Shown here: positions 28,581-41,593 of the stretch, piece after piece | How the letters are laid out: the number at the start of each line of letters is the position of its first letter | Numbering within the stretch: position 1 is the stretch's first letter | DNA from: a bacterium | Lineage (GTDB): Bacteria > Chloroflexota > Dormibacteria > Aeolococcales > Bog-877 | DNA: 64,000 bases | Direction of reading: 5' to 3' | Assembly: GCA_021801645.1 (NCBI GenBank) | Contig: JAJYXT010000065.1 | Location: 7,501-71,500 of the forward strand | Position numbers and translations under genes: made by a program | The notes under the pieces: model-generated | Databases searched by the model: none | What the model was told of the DNA's origin: nothing | Seen by the model: only the letters and a program-made list of their open reading frames with translations

Positions 28581-31046
28581 CTACGCCTCCTCGAGGTCGC
28601 CGGGCGGTGCCACCCCAGCGATGGAGCCGACCAGGTCGGAGTCCTCCAGCCGCATCAGGATCACCCCCCTGGTCTGGCGGCCGGAGATCCTGATCCCCTC
28701 GAGGGGGATGCGGATGATCTGCCCCTTGGTGCTGATCAGCATCAGCTCCTCGGAGAGGTCCTCCACCATGCGGGTCCCGACGATCTCGCCCACCTTGGAG
28801 ATGGCGTGCTGGTCGAGGGTGTACACCCCCTGGATGGCCCGGTTCTTGACAGGGTAGTCGGCGACCGGGGTGAGCTTGCCGTACCCCCGCTCGGTCACCA
28901 CCAGCACATGTCCTCCGGGCCGGATCAGGTCCATGCCGGCCAGCAGGTCGCCGGCCTGGAGGCGCACCCCGGTCACCCCCTGGGTGTCCCGCCCCATGGG
29001 CCGAACCTGCCGCTCTGAGAACCGCAGCGCCTTGCCCCGGCGGGTCACCAGCAGGATCTCGTCGCTGCCGTTGCTGACCGCCACCCAGTTGAGCTCGTCG
29101 CCCTCGCTGAGGTTCATGGCGATCAGCCCGTTGCGGCGCACCGCCGCATAGGCCGCCGCGGGGGTCTTCTTGATGTGGCCCCGGAGGGTGGCCATGACCA
29201 TGAAGGTCTCCTCGGAGTAGCCGTCCACCGAGAGCATGGAGGTGACTCGCTCCCCCTGGTCCATCTCCAGGAGGTTGATCACCGCCGTTCCCTTGGCCTG
29301 GCGGCTCACGTCCGGGATCTCATGGGTGCGCAGCCGGAAGACCCGGCCACGGTTGGTGAAGAAGAGCATGTCGGAGTGGGTGGAGGCCACCTGCAGGAAC
29401 TCCACGTAGTCCTCGTCGCCCACCCGCTTGGCGCCCACCACCCCCTTGCCCCCCCGGCGCTGGGAGCGGTAGTCGGTGGCCGGAGTCCGCTTGATGTAGC
29501 CCCGGCGGGTGAGGGTCACCACCACCTGCTCGCGGGGGATGAGGTCCTCCTCGTTGAGCTCGATGTCCCCGTGGCTGATCTCGGTCCGGCGGGCGTCACC
29601 GTACTTGCGGCGCAGGGTGAGCAGCTCCGCCCGGACCACCGCCATCAGGTTCGCCCGGCTGGAGAGGATCTCCTCCAGCTCGGCGATCCGCTCCATCAAC
29701 TCTCGGTGCTCCTGCTCCAGCCGCTCCCGCTCCAGGCGGGTGAGGCGGCCCAGGCGCATGTCCACGATGGCCTTGCTCTGGCGGTCGGTAAGCCCGAAGC
29801 GCTCCTCCATCTGGCGTTGGGCGGTGGCCTCGTCCGGGGCGGCGCGGATCAGGCGGATCACCTCGTCCAGGTTCTGCAGGCAGATCCGCAGCCCCTCCAC
29901 GATGTGGGCCCGCTCCCGCGCCCGCTCCAGCTCGTGCTGGGTCCGCCGCTCCACCACCTCCCGGCGATGCTCCAGGTAGTGCTGCAGCAGGGAACGCAGC
30001 GAGAGCACCTGGGGCCGCCCGTCCACCAGGGCCAGCAGGATGCAGGTGAACGAGGACTGCAGCTGCGTGTGCTTGTAGAGGTTGTTGAGGACGGTGTAGG
30101 GGCGGGCGTCCCGCTTCAGCTCGATCACCAGCCGGGTGCCCTCCCGCCGCCCCGTCTCGTTGCGCAGGTCGGCGATCCCCTCCAGCTTGCGCTCGTTGAC
30201 CAGCTCGGCGATGGTCTGGAGCACCCGGCTGGGGTTCACCTGGTAGGGGAGCTCGGTGACGATGATCTGCTCCCGCCCGCTCTTGGACTCCTCGAAGGTG
30301 ACCCGGGCGCGCTGGACCACCCGGCCGTGGCCGGTGCCGTACACCTGGGGGAGATCCTTGCCGTAGATGATGCCGCCGGTGGGGAAGTCGGGTCCCGGGA
30401 TGAGCCGCATCAGCTCCTCGGTCGAGGCCTCGGGGTTGTCGATCAGCCGCACCAGCCCATCGCAGACCTCGGAGAGGTTGTGGGGAGGGATGCTGGTCGC
30501 CATTCCCACGGCGATCCCGGCCGCGCCGTTGACCAGGAGGTTGGGCAGGGCAGAGGGCAGGACCGCCGGCTCCTGCTTGGTGGCCGAGTAGTTGTCCACG
30601 AAGTCCACGGTCTGCTTGTCGATGTCGGCCACCATCTCGGCGGCGATGGGGGCCATCCGCGCCTCCGTGTACCGGTAGGCGGCGGCCGGGTCCCCCTCGG
30701 GGGAGCCGAAGTTACCCTGGCCGTCGACCAGGGGATAGCGCATCACCCAGGGCTGGGCCAGCCGGACCAGGGTGTCGTAGACCGAGATGTCGCCGTGGGG
30801 GTGGTAGTTCTTCAGCACCTCGCCGACGATGGCGGCGCACTTCTGGTGCGAGGCGCCGGGGGTCATCCCCTGCTCCTGCATGGCGTAGAGGATCCGGCGC
30901 TGCACCGGCTTGAGGCCATCCCGGACGTCGGGCAGGGCCCGGGCCACGATCACGCTCATGGCGTAGACGAGGTACGACTCCCGCATCTCGCTGACCAGCT
31001 CCACCCCGCGGAGCTGGCCGGCGCCGCCTCCCTGGCCCTCAGCCAT
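28581..31046 (-). CDS. gyrA: DNA gyrase subunit A
   Basis: [29 protein letters not shown], GyrA-box QRRGGKG, beta-pinwheel CTD. Confidence 0.97.
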   Translation of the reverse strand: MAEGQGGGAGQLRGVELVSEMRESYLVYAMSVIVARALPDVRDGLKPVQRRILYAMQEQGMTPGASHQKCAAIVGEVLKNYHPHGDISVYDTLVRLAQPWVMRYPLVDGQGNFGSPEGDPAAAYRYTEARMAPIAAEMVADIDKQTVDFVDNYSATKQEPAVLPSALPNLLVNGAAGIAVGMATSIPPHNLSEVCDGLVRLIDNPEASTEELMRLIPGPDFPTGGIIYGKDLPQVYGTGHGRVVQRARVTFEESKSGREQIIVTELPYQVNPSRVLQTIAELVNERKLEGIADLRNETGRREGTRLVIELKRDARPYTVLNNLYKHTQLQSSFTCILLALVDGRPQVLSLRSLLQHYLEHRREVVERRTQHELERARERAHIVEGLRICLQNLDEVIRLIRAAPDEATAQRQMEERFGLTDRQSKAIVDMRLGRLTRLERERLEQEHRELMERIAELEEILSSRANLMAVVRAELLTLRRKYGDARRTEISHGDIELNEEDLIPREQVVVTLTRRGYIKRTPATDYRSQRRGGKGVVGAKRVGDEDYVEFLQVASTHSDMLFFTNRGRVFRLRTHEIPDVSRQAKGTAVINLLEMDQGERVTSMLSVDGYSEETFMVMATLRGHIKKTPAAAYAAVRRNGLIAMNLSEGDELNWVAVSNGSDEILLVTRRGKALRFSERQVRPMGRDTQGVTGVRLQAGDLLAGMDLIRPGGHVLVVTERGYGKLTPVADYPVKNRAIQGVYTLDQHAISKVGEIVGTRMVEDLSEELMLISTKGQIIRIPLEGIRISGRQTRGVILMRLEDSDLVGSIAGVAPPGDLEEA

Positions 31047-31057
31047 AACGACCTCCC

Positions 31058-34176
<3,119 letters not shown>

Positions 34177-34277
34177 TCAGACCCAGCGGAGACCACGCCT
34201 AATTCTACCAGTCCGAACTCGCCTGCCACGGTGGCCGCGACCGCCGGAGACGGCGCGGGGGATAAGCTCACGACACC

Positions 34278-34967
34278 ATGGAGGAGCACTCGCACCTGGC
34301 CAAGGCGGCCCTCTTTGACGCCATCGCCGAGGTGGCCGCGGCGCTGGCCGCCGGCCGGCGCGCCGAGATCGTCGACGTCCTGGCCCAGGGCGAGCGCATG
34401 GTCGAGCAGGTGGCCCAGGAGCTGCAGCAATCCGTGGCCAACACCTCGCACCACCTCCGGGCGCTGCACCGGGCCGGCCTGGTGTCCCGCCGACGCCAGG
34501 GAGCGCGGGTCCTCTACCGACTGGCGGGCCCTGAAGTGGAGGAGCTGTGGATATCCCTCCGGGACGTCGCCGCCGCTCTCAGGGACGACTTCGCCCGCCT
34601 GGCCTCCGCCTATTTGGGGGAGCTGGATGCGCTCGACGTTGTGAGCCGCCGCGAGCTTCTGCAACTCCAGGCTGAGGGCCAGGTCACCATCATCGACGTC
34701 CGGCCGCGGGAGGAGTACCAGCAGGGGCACGTGTCCGGGGCCATTTCGGTGCCGCTCTCGGAACTTCATCGGTTCCCTCCCCCGGAGGGGCGGGTGCTGG
34801 TGGCGTACTGCCGTGGCCCGTACTGCGCCTTCGCCCCTGCCGCTGTCCGCCAGCTCCGCGCGCGAGGGTTCGTTGCCCGCAGGCTCGAGGAGGGGTTTCC
34901 CGAGTGGCGCCGGGCCGGCCTGGCGGTGGCGCTCGGCGATGAGGTGGGGGTTCCCCCGCCGGCCTGA
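34278..34967 (+). CDS. ArsR-family regulator fused to rhodanese domain
   Basis: HTH (SVANTSHHLRAL), then IDVRPREEY..GH and YCRGPYC. Confidence 0.92.
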   Translation: MEEHSHLAKAALFDAIAEVAAALAAGRRAEIVDVLAQGERMVEQVAQELQQSVANTSHHLRALHRAGLVSRRRQGARVLYRLAGPEVEELWISLRDVAAALRDDFARLASAYLGELDALDVVSRRELLQLQAEGQVTIIDVRPREEYQQGHVSGAISVPLSELHRFPPPEGRVLVAYCRGPYCAFAPAAVRQLRARGFVARRLEEGFPEWRRAGLAVALGDEVGVPPPA

Positions 34968-34996
34968 ACCTCCGGAGGCCGGCCCCTCCTATATGA

Positions 34997-35020
34997 TCAA
35001 ACAATCACTTGATTGTTTGA
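34997..35020. promoter_or_regulatory. ArsR/SmtB-type operator (perfect 11-2-11 inverted repeat)
   Basis: TCAAACAATCA-CT-TGATTGTTTGA, AT-rich, 7 nt before the MFS GTG. Confidence 0.8.
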
Positions 35021-35027
35021 GGTATAA

Positions 35028-36290
35028 GTGCCCGACAACGCCCCCCGGCTGGGACTCAGGGCCAACTGGCGGCAGTTCGCCGTCTTCACGGTCCTCACCC
35101 TCCTGGTCGGGATGACCATCGGGGTCGAGCGGGTGGCGGTGCCGCCCCTGGCACGTTCGGCCTTCGGGGTCACCGGCCTGCTCTACACCGTCTCCTTCGT
35201 CTCCGCCTTCGGCGCGGTCAAGGCGCTCATGAACCTGCTGGCGGGCCGGCTCTCCGACCGCCACGGCCGCCGCCCCTGGCTGCTGCTGGGGTGGGCTTTC
35301 GCGGTCCCCTACACGGTCCTCATCATCTTTGCCCAGGCTTGGTGGTGGGTGGTGGCGGCCAACCTCTTCCTGGGGGTGAACCAGGCGCTCACCTGGACCA
35401 TGTCGGTCACCGCCAAGATCGATCTCGTGGGGCCGGTCAACCGCGGGCTGGCGGTGGGCATCGACGAGGCCGCCGGGTACGTGGGCACAGGCCTTGGGGG
35501 GCTGGCGGCTGGGCTGCTGGCGGCATCCTTAGGGCTGCGTCCCGCGCCGTACCTGCTCGCACTCGGCGTGATCGCGACGGGGGCCGCCCTGACCTGGCTG
35601 GGGGCCAAGGAGACCCTCCCCTTCGCGCGGGCGGAGGGGAGGGGGCAGCCCACCTCGCGAGCACCCGGCCTCCGCCGGCTGTTCACCTACATGTTGTGGC
35701 AGGACCGGACCATGCTGGCCGCCTGTCAGGCGGGGCTGGTGAACAAGATCGCCGATAGCCTGGTGATCGCCTTCTTCCCCCTCTACTTCCTCAGCCACGG
35801 CCTCAGCCTGGCCACGGTGGGGCTGCTGGTCGGTGAGTACGCCCTGGTGTGGGGGATCGGGCAGGTGGGAAGCGGCTGGCTCGCCGACCGCCTCGGGCGC
35901 AAGCCCCTGATCGTGTCCGGGACCCTCCTGCTGGCGGGGGGCGTCATGGCGGCCCTCGTCGGTGGCGGCGGGGGGCTCAGCTTCGGCGGTGCGGGCGCCA
36001 TGGGTGTGGGCATGGCCCTGGCCTACCCCAACCTGCTCACCTTGGTCGGAGACACGGCGAGGCCTTTGTGGAGGGGCGGGGCGCTGGGCGTCTACCGGCT
36101 CTGCCGGGACTCCGGCTACGCGCTGGGGCCGCTCCTGCTGGCCCTGGCCGGAATCCGGGCGGCGTTCTGGCTGGCGGCCGCGCTGCTCGCCCTCTCGGGC
36201 GTTTTCAGCGCCGCTCTGCTTCAGGAGACGCTCCCCCGCCACCGGACGAGAGAGCCCGCCTGGACCCAGTACCCCGACCTCAACGGGTAG
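35028..36290 (+). CDS. MFS transporter
   Basis: LGLRANWRQF, AGRLSDRHGRR, GWLADRLGRK, GVYRL.RDSGY; about 12 TMs. Confidence 0.92.
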   Translation: MPDNAPRLGLRANWRQFAVFTVLTLLVGMTIGVERVAVPPLARSAFGVTGLLYTVSFVSAFGAVKALMNLLAGRLSDRHGRRPWLLLGWAFAVPYTVLIIFAQAWWWVVAANLFLGVNQALTWTMSVTAKIDLVGPVNRGLAVGIDEAAGYVGTGLGGLAAGLLAASLGLRPAPYLLALGVIATGAALTWLGAKETLPFARAEGRGQPTSRAPGLRRLFTYMLWQDRTMLAACQAGLVNKIADSLVIAFFPLYFLSHGLSLATVGLLVGEYALVWGIGQVGSGWLADRLGRKPLIVSGTLLLAGGVMAALVGGGGGLSFGGAGAMGVGMALAYPNLLTLVGDTARPLWRGGALGVYRLCRDSGYALGPLLLALAGIRAAFWLAAALLALSGVFSAALLQETLPRHRTREPAWTQYPDLNG

Positions 36291-36464
36291 CCGGCCGGAG
36301 GCCTCCCCCCACGGCGCGCCGATTCGCGGTATGGTTGGCACGACAAGCGGCCCGCCGGTTGCGGCTGGGCCCGCGGCTCACCCGACCGGACCGCCGGCCG
36401 GGAGCCACCAAATTCAAGCCTTGGCAATTTCAAGCCATCGGTCCGCTGCGGAGGAAGTGGCGCC

Positions 36465-39032
36465 CTGACGCCCCCCAATCTGACCCTGGAGCGCCTGCAC
36501 CTGGTGGTCCCAGAGAAGTCGCAGGCCATGTCCTTCCTTGAGGCCCTGAACGGCCACGGCGAGGGTGATGCCCGGCTTCACTTCGCCGAGCAGCTCGCCG
36601 ACGTCGGTGAGTTCGCGGTCGTCACGACGGGCACCGACGCCAGCGGGGTCACCCTCCTGCTGCCCGGCCTGGACGTGAGCTGCGTCCCGGTGCACCGAGC
36701 CCGCACCGCTCCCGAGAAGGAGGCGCTCAAGGTGGAGTCCGTCCGTCCGGCGCCCCCGGACCGGGACGGGCCGGGACGGGCGGCCATCATGATCCGCTGC
36801 TCCAGCGCCCTGGTCTCGGCCAAGGAGGGGGAGCCCAGCGACACCTTCCACCTGCTGCGCCTGGCCCGCCTCGCCCACCGCTCCAAGGAGCCCGACCCGA
36901 TCCTGCTCCAGACCCTGGCGCTGGTCGACGGGCTGGAGGCCGCCGAACGGGGGCGGGCGGCCACCCAGCGGACACCCTTCGAGGCGGTCACCGAGCTGTG
37001 GCGCTGCCGCCAGTGCCGGGGCCTGTGGCGCCCGGACCGGGACGAGCGCTGTCCCTCCTGCGGCCGTGAGATCCAGGAGCAGGACCGCCGCCGCCCCGAG
37101 CCGGGGCGGCTGGAGTTCCAGGTCCCCAAGGACCACCCCATCGCCCTCACCGTGGACGCGGCGGTGATGGTGGAGCCCGAGGACGAGCCTCACTACCTCG
37201 GCCGGGTGACCCGGATCGATCACCGCCGCCACCTGGTGGAGGTGGCCTGCAAGGCCTATGAGGCACCCGGCGAGGTCGGCTGGATCACCCCCTCCTTCAA
37301 CAAGCAGCTCTACCAGGCCAAGCGCGCCACCCTGGCCTCGATCGCCGCCGGGGATTCCCGCAGCCTGCTCCTGGCCCAGCTCCTCATCGACCCGAAGTCG
37401 GTCTACGCTCCCGCCGCCCCGCCGCGCCCCGACTGGGTCACCCCCTCGATGCACAGCAACCCCGCCCAGGACCGGGCCATCGGGATCATGGTGGCGCTGG
37501 ACGCCGGGCAGGCCGCCCTGATCCAGGGGCCCCCCGGCACGGGCAAGACCACGGTGATCGTGGAGGCCATCAAGCACCGGCTCCGGGAGCGCCCGGATGA
37601 GCGGATCATGGTGTGCTCGCACAGCAACCTGGCGGTGGACAACGCCCTGGAGCGGCTGGCCGGGACACCGGGGCTGAGAGCGGTCCGGGTGGCCAAGGCC
37701 GAGCGGGTGAGTTCCACCGTGGACGCCTTCCGGGTCGAGGACGAGGACGACGAGAGGCTGGTGTCCGCCAACGTGGTCTTCGCCACCTGCGCCACGGCGG
37801 CCACCTCGGCCATCACCGCCGACGAGACCTTCGACCTGGTGATCCTCGACGAGGCCAACAAGGCCCGCATCGACGAGGCCCTGCCCTGCCTACGGCTGGG
37901 GGCGTCCCTGGTGCTGGTGGGGGACCACAAGCAGCTGCCGCCGGTTGAGGACGACGCCATCTACCAGATCGTGGAGGACCGGCCCGACCTCGAGGCCATA
38001 GTCGACACCAGCCTCTTCGAGCGCTGCTGGGACGGCGGTGTCCCGGACCGGGCCCGTTGCCTGCTGGTGGAGCAGCACCGGATGCACCCGGAGATCGCGC
38101 AGTACATCAGCTCGGCCAGCTACGACGACCTTCTGGAGAACGCTCCCGAGGTCCTGGAGTACCCCTACCTCACCCGCCGCCCCTTCCCGGTGGCCCTGCA
38201 CATGGTGGACACGGCCGGCCTCCGGGGCGGCCGCGAGCGCCGGGGGGCCGGGGGCGCCCTCCGCAACGACGCGGAGGTCAGGGTGTGCGCCCAGGTGGTG
38301 CGCCTCCTGGACGAGCGGGTGGACCCCCAGCTCTCCCTGGCGGTGATCGCCATGTACGCCGACCAGGTCGACCGGCTCCGCCAGTCGCTGAGCCGGCGCC
38401 ACTTCCGCCGTCCGGTGAAGATCGACACGGTGGACTCCTTCGAGGGCCGGGAGGAGGACATGGTGGTGATCTCCCTGGTGCGCAGCAACGAGCGCGGGCG
38501 CATCGGCTTCCTCCGCGTCCCCAACCGGCTCAACGTGGCCATCTCGAGGGCCCGCCGGCTGGTGGTCTGCGTCGGCGACGCCGACACCCTGCGGGCTGGC
38601 GAGGAGAGCATGTACGGGCGGCTGGTGGAGGCGGCTAGGGCCTGCGGCGGGTACCTGCGCGCCACCGAACTCCTCGGGCCCCGGGCCCGCCCGGGGCGGC
38701 CGGTGGTCCGGTGCCCCGAAGGGGCGGAGGCCGGGCAGCCGACCGGGCCCAGGCGGCACCGGCGGCGGCGGCGGCGGCCGGTGGTCCCTGGGGAGGCTGT
38801 GGCCACCCAAGTGCCCGGGGAGGCGCCCCCAGCCGGAGTGCACAAGCGGCGCCGGAGGAGGCGGCGGCCCGCAGTCGGGCCGGACGGCCAGCCGGTGGTC
38901 AGCTCCACCGCGCAGCCCGGAGGGGCGCCCCCATCGACCCGCCGGCGCCGACGCCGGCGCCGGGGCGGTGGGGCGGGCGGGCCGGGCCCCGCGGCGCCGG
39001 GGGGGGGTTCTACAGAGGGAGGTGCGTCATGA
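36465..39032 (+). CDS. Superfamily 1 Upf1/DNA2-like helicase with Zn finger and Arg-rich tail
   Basis: QGPPGTGKT, SHSNLAVDN, LDEA, VGDHKQLPP, SLFER, QHRMHPEI, NRLNVAISRAR; CRQC..CPSC. SD-matched start is CTG 36465; first GTG is 36504. Confidence 0.9.
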   Translation: MTPPNLTLERLHLVVPEKSQAMSFLEALNGHGEGDARLHFAEQLADVGEFAVVTTGTDASGVTLLLPGLDVSCVPVHRARTAPEKEALKVESVRPAPPDRDGPGRAAIMIRCSSALVSAKEGEPSDTFHLLRLARLAHRSKEPDPILLQTLALVDGLEAAERGRAATQRTPFEAVTELWRCRQCRGLWRPDRDERCPSCGREIQEQDRRRPEPGRLEFQVPKDHPIALTVDAAVMVEPEDEPHYLGRVTRIDHRRHLVEVACKAYEAPGEVGWITPSFNKQLYQAKRATLASIAAGDSRSLLLAQLLIDPKSVYAPAAPPRPDWVTPSMHSNPAQDRAIGIMVALDAGQAALIQGPPGTGKTTVIVEAIKHRLRERPDERIMVCSHSNLAVDNALERLAGTPGLRAVRVAKAERVSSTVDAFRVEDEDDERLVSANVVFATCATAATSAITADETFDLVILDEANKARIDEALPCLRLGASLVLVGDHKQLPPVEDDAIYQIVEDRPDLEAIVDTSLFERCWDGGVPDRARCLLVEQHRMHPEIAQYISSASYDDLLENAPEVLEYPYLTRRPFPVALHMVDTAGLRGGRERRGAGGALRNDAEVRVCAQVVRLLDERVDPQLSLAVIAMYADQVDRLRQSLSRRHFRRPVKIDTVDSFEGREEDMVVISLVRSNERGRIGFLRVPNRLNVAISRARRLVVCVGDADTLRAGEESMYGRLVEAARACGGYLRATELLGPRARPGRPVVRCPEGAEAGQPTGPRRHRRRRRRPVVPGEAVATQVPGEAPPAGVHKRRRRRRRPAVGPDGQPVVSSTAQPGGAPPSTRRRRRRRRGGGAGGPGPAAPGGGSTEGGAS

Positions 39033-39892
39033 CCGAGTCGCAGATCAGTTCCCTGTTCGTGGCGGGTGCGGGCCTGATGGGAGCGGGCATCGCCCAGACC
39101 GCCGCCCAGCAGGGCCTTGAGGTCCAGCTCTACGATGCCCTTCCCGGAGCGGCGGGGCGGGCGGTGGAGCAGATCCGCCAGCGGCTGGAGCGGGCGGAGC
39201 AGCAGGGCAAGGCACCCTCGGGGGCCGCAGCTTCGTGCCTGTCGCACCTCCACCCCGCTGAGGCTGCGACACCGGAGGCAGGCACCCAGGTGGTGATCGA
39301 GGCGATCACCGAGAAGCTGGACCTCAAGCTCCAGTTCTGGACGGAGATGGGCCGGAGCTGCGGCCCGGAGGCGCTCTTCGCCAGCAACACCAGCTCCATC
39401 CCCATCACCCGCCTGGCGGCCGCCAGCGGCCGACCGGAGAGGTTCATCGGGATGCACTTCTACAGCCCGGTGCCGGTCATGGAGCTGGTGGAGCTGGTGC
39501 CCGGCCTGCTGACCTCGACCGAAACCTACTCCACCATCGAGGCGCTGGGCAGGCGGTTGGGCAAGCGGCCGGTGCGCTCGGCCGACGCCCCCGGCTTCAT
39601 CGGGAACCGCGTCCTCATCCCCTTCCTCAACGAGGCGATGCGCGCGCTGCAGGAGGGAGTGGGCAGTGCCGAGGACATCGACCAGGTGGCCAAGCTGGGG
39701 TTCCGCCACCCCATGGGCCCGCTGGAGCTGGCCGACTTCATCGGGCTGGACGTTGTCCTGGGCATCTGCCGGGTGATGCAGGAGGGACTGCACGATCAAC
39801 GGTATGCCCCCCTGCCGATCCTGGAGCGCATGGTGGAGGCGGGGCGCCTAGGGCGCAAGAGCGGGCGGGGTTTCTACGACTACAGCGGCTGA
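39029..39892 (+). CDS. hbd: 3-hydroxybutyryl-CoA/3-hydroxyacyl-CoA dehydrogenase
   Basis: GAGLMGAGIA, EAITE, ASNTSS, GMHF, PGFIGNR, HPMGPL, LGRKSGRGFY. Confidence 0.92.
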   Translation: MTESQISSLFVAGAGLMGAGIAQTAAQQGLEVQLYDALPGAAGRAVEQIRQRLERAEQQGKAPSGAAASCLSHLHPAEAATPEAGTQVVIEAITEKLDLKLQFWTEMGRSCGPEALFASNTSSIPITRLAAASGRPERFIGMHFYSPVPVMELVELVPGLLTSTETYSTIEALGRRLGKRPVRSADAPGFIGNRVLIPFLNEAMRALQEGVGSAEDIDQVAKLGFRHPMGPLELADFIGLDVVLGICRVMQEGLHDQRYAPLPILERMVEAGRLGRKSGRGFYDYSG

Positions 39893-39928
39893 GCGTCGCG
39901 GGGCTTCCCGCGGCCCGGGCAGCCCGCC

Positions 39929-41023
39929 CTAGGGGGCGAGCCGCTCCGCCAGGAAGCGGATCCCCATGGGGTAGCGGTACTCGATGCCGCCATGGCCTCC
40001 GTCGAAGAGCTCGAGCCGCACGTCCCCCACCCCCGCGCGCCGCAGCTCGGAGGCAACCGCCGTCGCCCCCACCTCGAGGCTGTACTCGTCATGTCGCCCC
40101 CCATCCAGGTAGGCGGCCGTGAGGCCCGCGGCCCTCCCGGGGTTGGCGGCGACCATGCGGACGGGATCCTTCTCCAGCCACCTCGCCCACACCTCCGGGC
40201 GCATGGTCCCGGTGCTCAGGTCAAAGGGCAGCTCCGGCGTTCCATCGGGGGCCGCCGAGTAGCAGGCCGCCATGCAGTAGGAGTTGATCAGCACCCCGTC
40301 CTCGGCCCGGCTGGTCCCCTCCCGCGCCCGGAAGTCGCTCCAGAACGCCTCGAAGGAGCCCTGATAGCTGTCGCGAAGGGCACGCACCACCTGGGGGAAC
40401 TCAGGGAGGTAGCAGTACTCGAAAAGGGCATCCCCAGCATGGCTGGCGAAGGCGCTGAATAGGTCGGGGCGCAGAAGTGGGGTGATCATCGCCCCATAGC
40501 CGCCACTCGACTTGCCCGCCACCCCCCGATGCTCGCGGGCGGCCAGGGTCCTGAACTCCCGGTCCACCAGCGGCACCACCTCGTCGCAGAGGTAGGTGTG
40601 GTACCTTCCGGTGCCCGCTGAGTCCAGGAACTGGCTGCCTCCGAGAGAGGTCCAGCAGTCCACGAACACCAAGAGGCAGGGTGGAGTGGCCGGGTCGCTG
40701 AGCAGCTCGTCGTACAGCTCCGGCGGGGTGCGGCGGAAGGCCGTGCGGTTGCGCCACATGTCGATCTGCCCGGTCATTCCCTGGAGGAGGTAGACGACCG
40801 GGAAGCGCCGCCCGGGGTCCTCCCGGTAGGCAGGTGGGAGATATACCCACAGGGGCCGCCGAGAGGGGTCCTGCAGGTGATTGCCCTCCAGTGCCCGGCT
40901 GGTCACGACCATCTCCACCAGCTCTCCACGGAGCGGTCGGGCCCACGGCGGACCCTCGTAGCGCCCCCTCTCCAGGAGCGGAGGCCGCTCCGCGTCGCCA
41001 GGGCGGGCTAGGTCATGGACCAC
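39929..41023 (-). CDS. Alpha/beta hydrolase (Fes-like esterase)
   Basis: VYLPPAY, GKSSGGYG nucleophile motif, FDGGH; GTG 6 nt after TATCCT. Confidence 0.88.
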   Translation of the reverse strand: MVHDLARPGDAERPPLLERGRYEGPPWARPLRGELVEMVVTSRALEGNHLQDPSRRPLWVYLPPAYREDPGRRFPVVYLLQGMTGQIDMWRNRTAFRRTPPELYDELLSDPATPPCLLVFVDCWTSLGGSQFLDSAGTGRYHTYLCDEVVPLVDREFRTLAAREHRGVAGKSSGGYGAMITPLLRPDLFSAFASHAGDALFEYCYLPEFPQVVRALRDSYQGSFEAFWSDFRAREGTSRAEDGVLINSYCMAACYSAAPDGTPELPFDLSTGTMRPEVWARWLEKDPVRMVAANPGRAAGLTAAYLDGGRHDEYSLEVGATAVASELRRAGVGDVRLELFDGGHGGIEYRYPMGIRFLAERLAP

Positions 41024-41084
41024 CCCACGAGGATACGGCGTGACGGGTGCCCCGGGCGCGGGCCTCCGGTGAGAGCCGGCCGGC

Positions 41085-41507
41085 CTATTCCATCCTGGTG
41101 AGCGCCTGGCGAAGCCGGTCCACGGTGGACGATCCGAGCAGCCCGCTGAGCCGGACATCCTGAGCCTGGACCGCAAGCCGAACCAGGGCAGCCGCCTCCC
41201 GGCCCCGGGGGGTGAGCTGGAGCAGGACGCGGCGCCCGTCGCCAGGATCAGGGACTCGGGACGCGTACCCGCGATCCACCAGCGTCTGGGTCAGCCGACT
41301 CAACCCCTGCTTGCTGGCTCCCAACCTTCGGGCCAGCTCCTGCGCACCGAGTTCGCCCTCAGCTAGTGCACCGAGGACCCAGCTCCCGCTCCGGGGCAGG
41401 TCGGACATGCCTTGGGCTGCCAGCTGCCTCCTGATCTCCCTCCCGTACAGCCGAAGCGCCCGCTGGATCAGCACGACGAGCGGAGTCTCTCTCCCAGTGT
41501 TGGTCAC
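41085..41507 (-). CDS. MarR-family regulator
   Basis: ELARRLGASKQGLSRL, DPGDGRR..LTPRG. Confidence 0.92.
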   Translation of the reverse strand: MTNTGRETPLVVLIQRALRLYGREIRRQLAAQGMSDLPRSGSWVLGALAEGELGAQELARRLGASKQGLSRLTQTLVDRGYASRVPDPGDGRRVLLQLTPRGREAAALVRLAVQAQDVRLSGLLGSSTVDRLRQALTRME

Positions 41508-41525
41508 CGGCGTCCCCTTACGCAG

Positions 41526-41546
41526 ATAGTCATCATTGTGTACTAT
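41526..41546. promoter_or_regulatory. Candidate MarR operator
   Basis: ATAGT-N11-ACTAT inverted repeat in the AT-rich marR/DUF998 divergent gap. Confidence 0.4.
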
Positions 41547-41593
41547 ATGCCTCCGCGCTGGAACCCGAGCGGTCGGAAAAGGGAGACTTGGAA

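Noticed and set aside
36465-39032. Helicase as an anti-phage defence system
   Set aside because: No nuclease or effector domain, no mobile or defence context, and composition matches the host; not excluded but unsupported.
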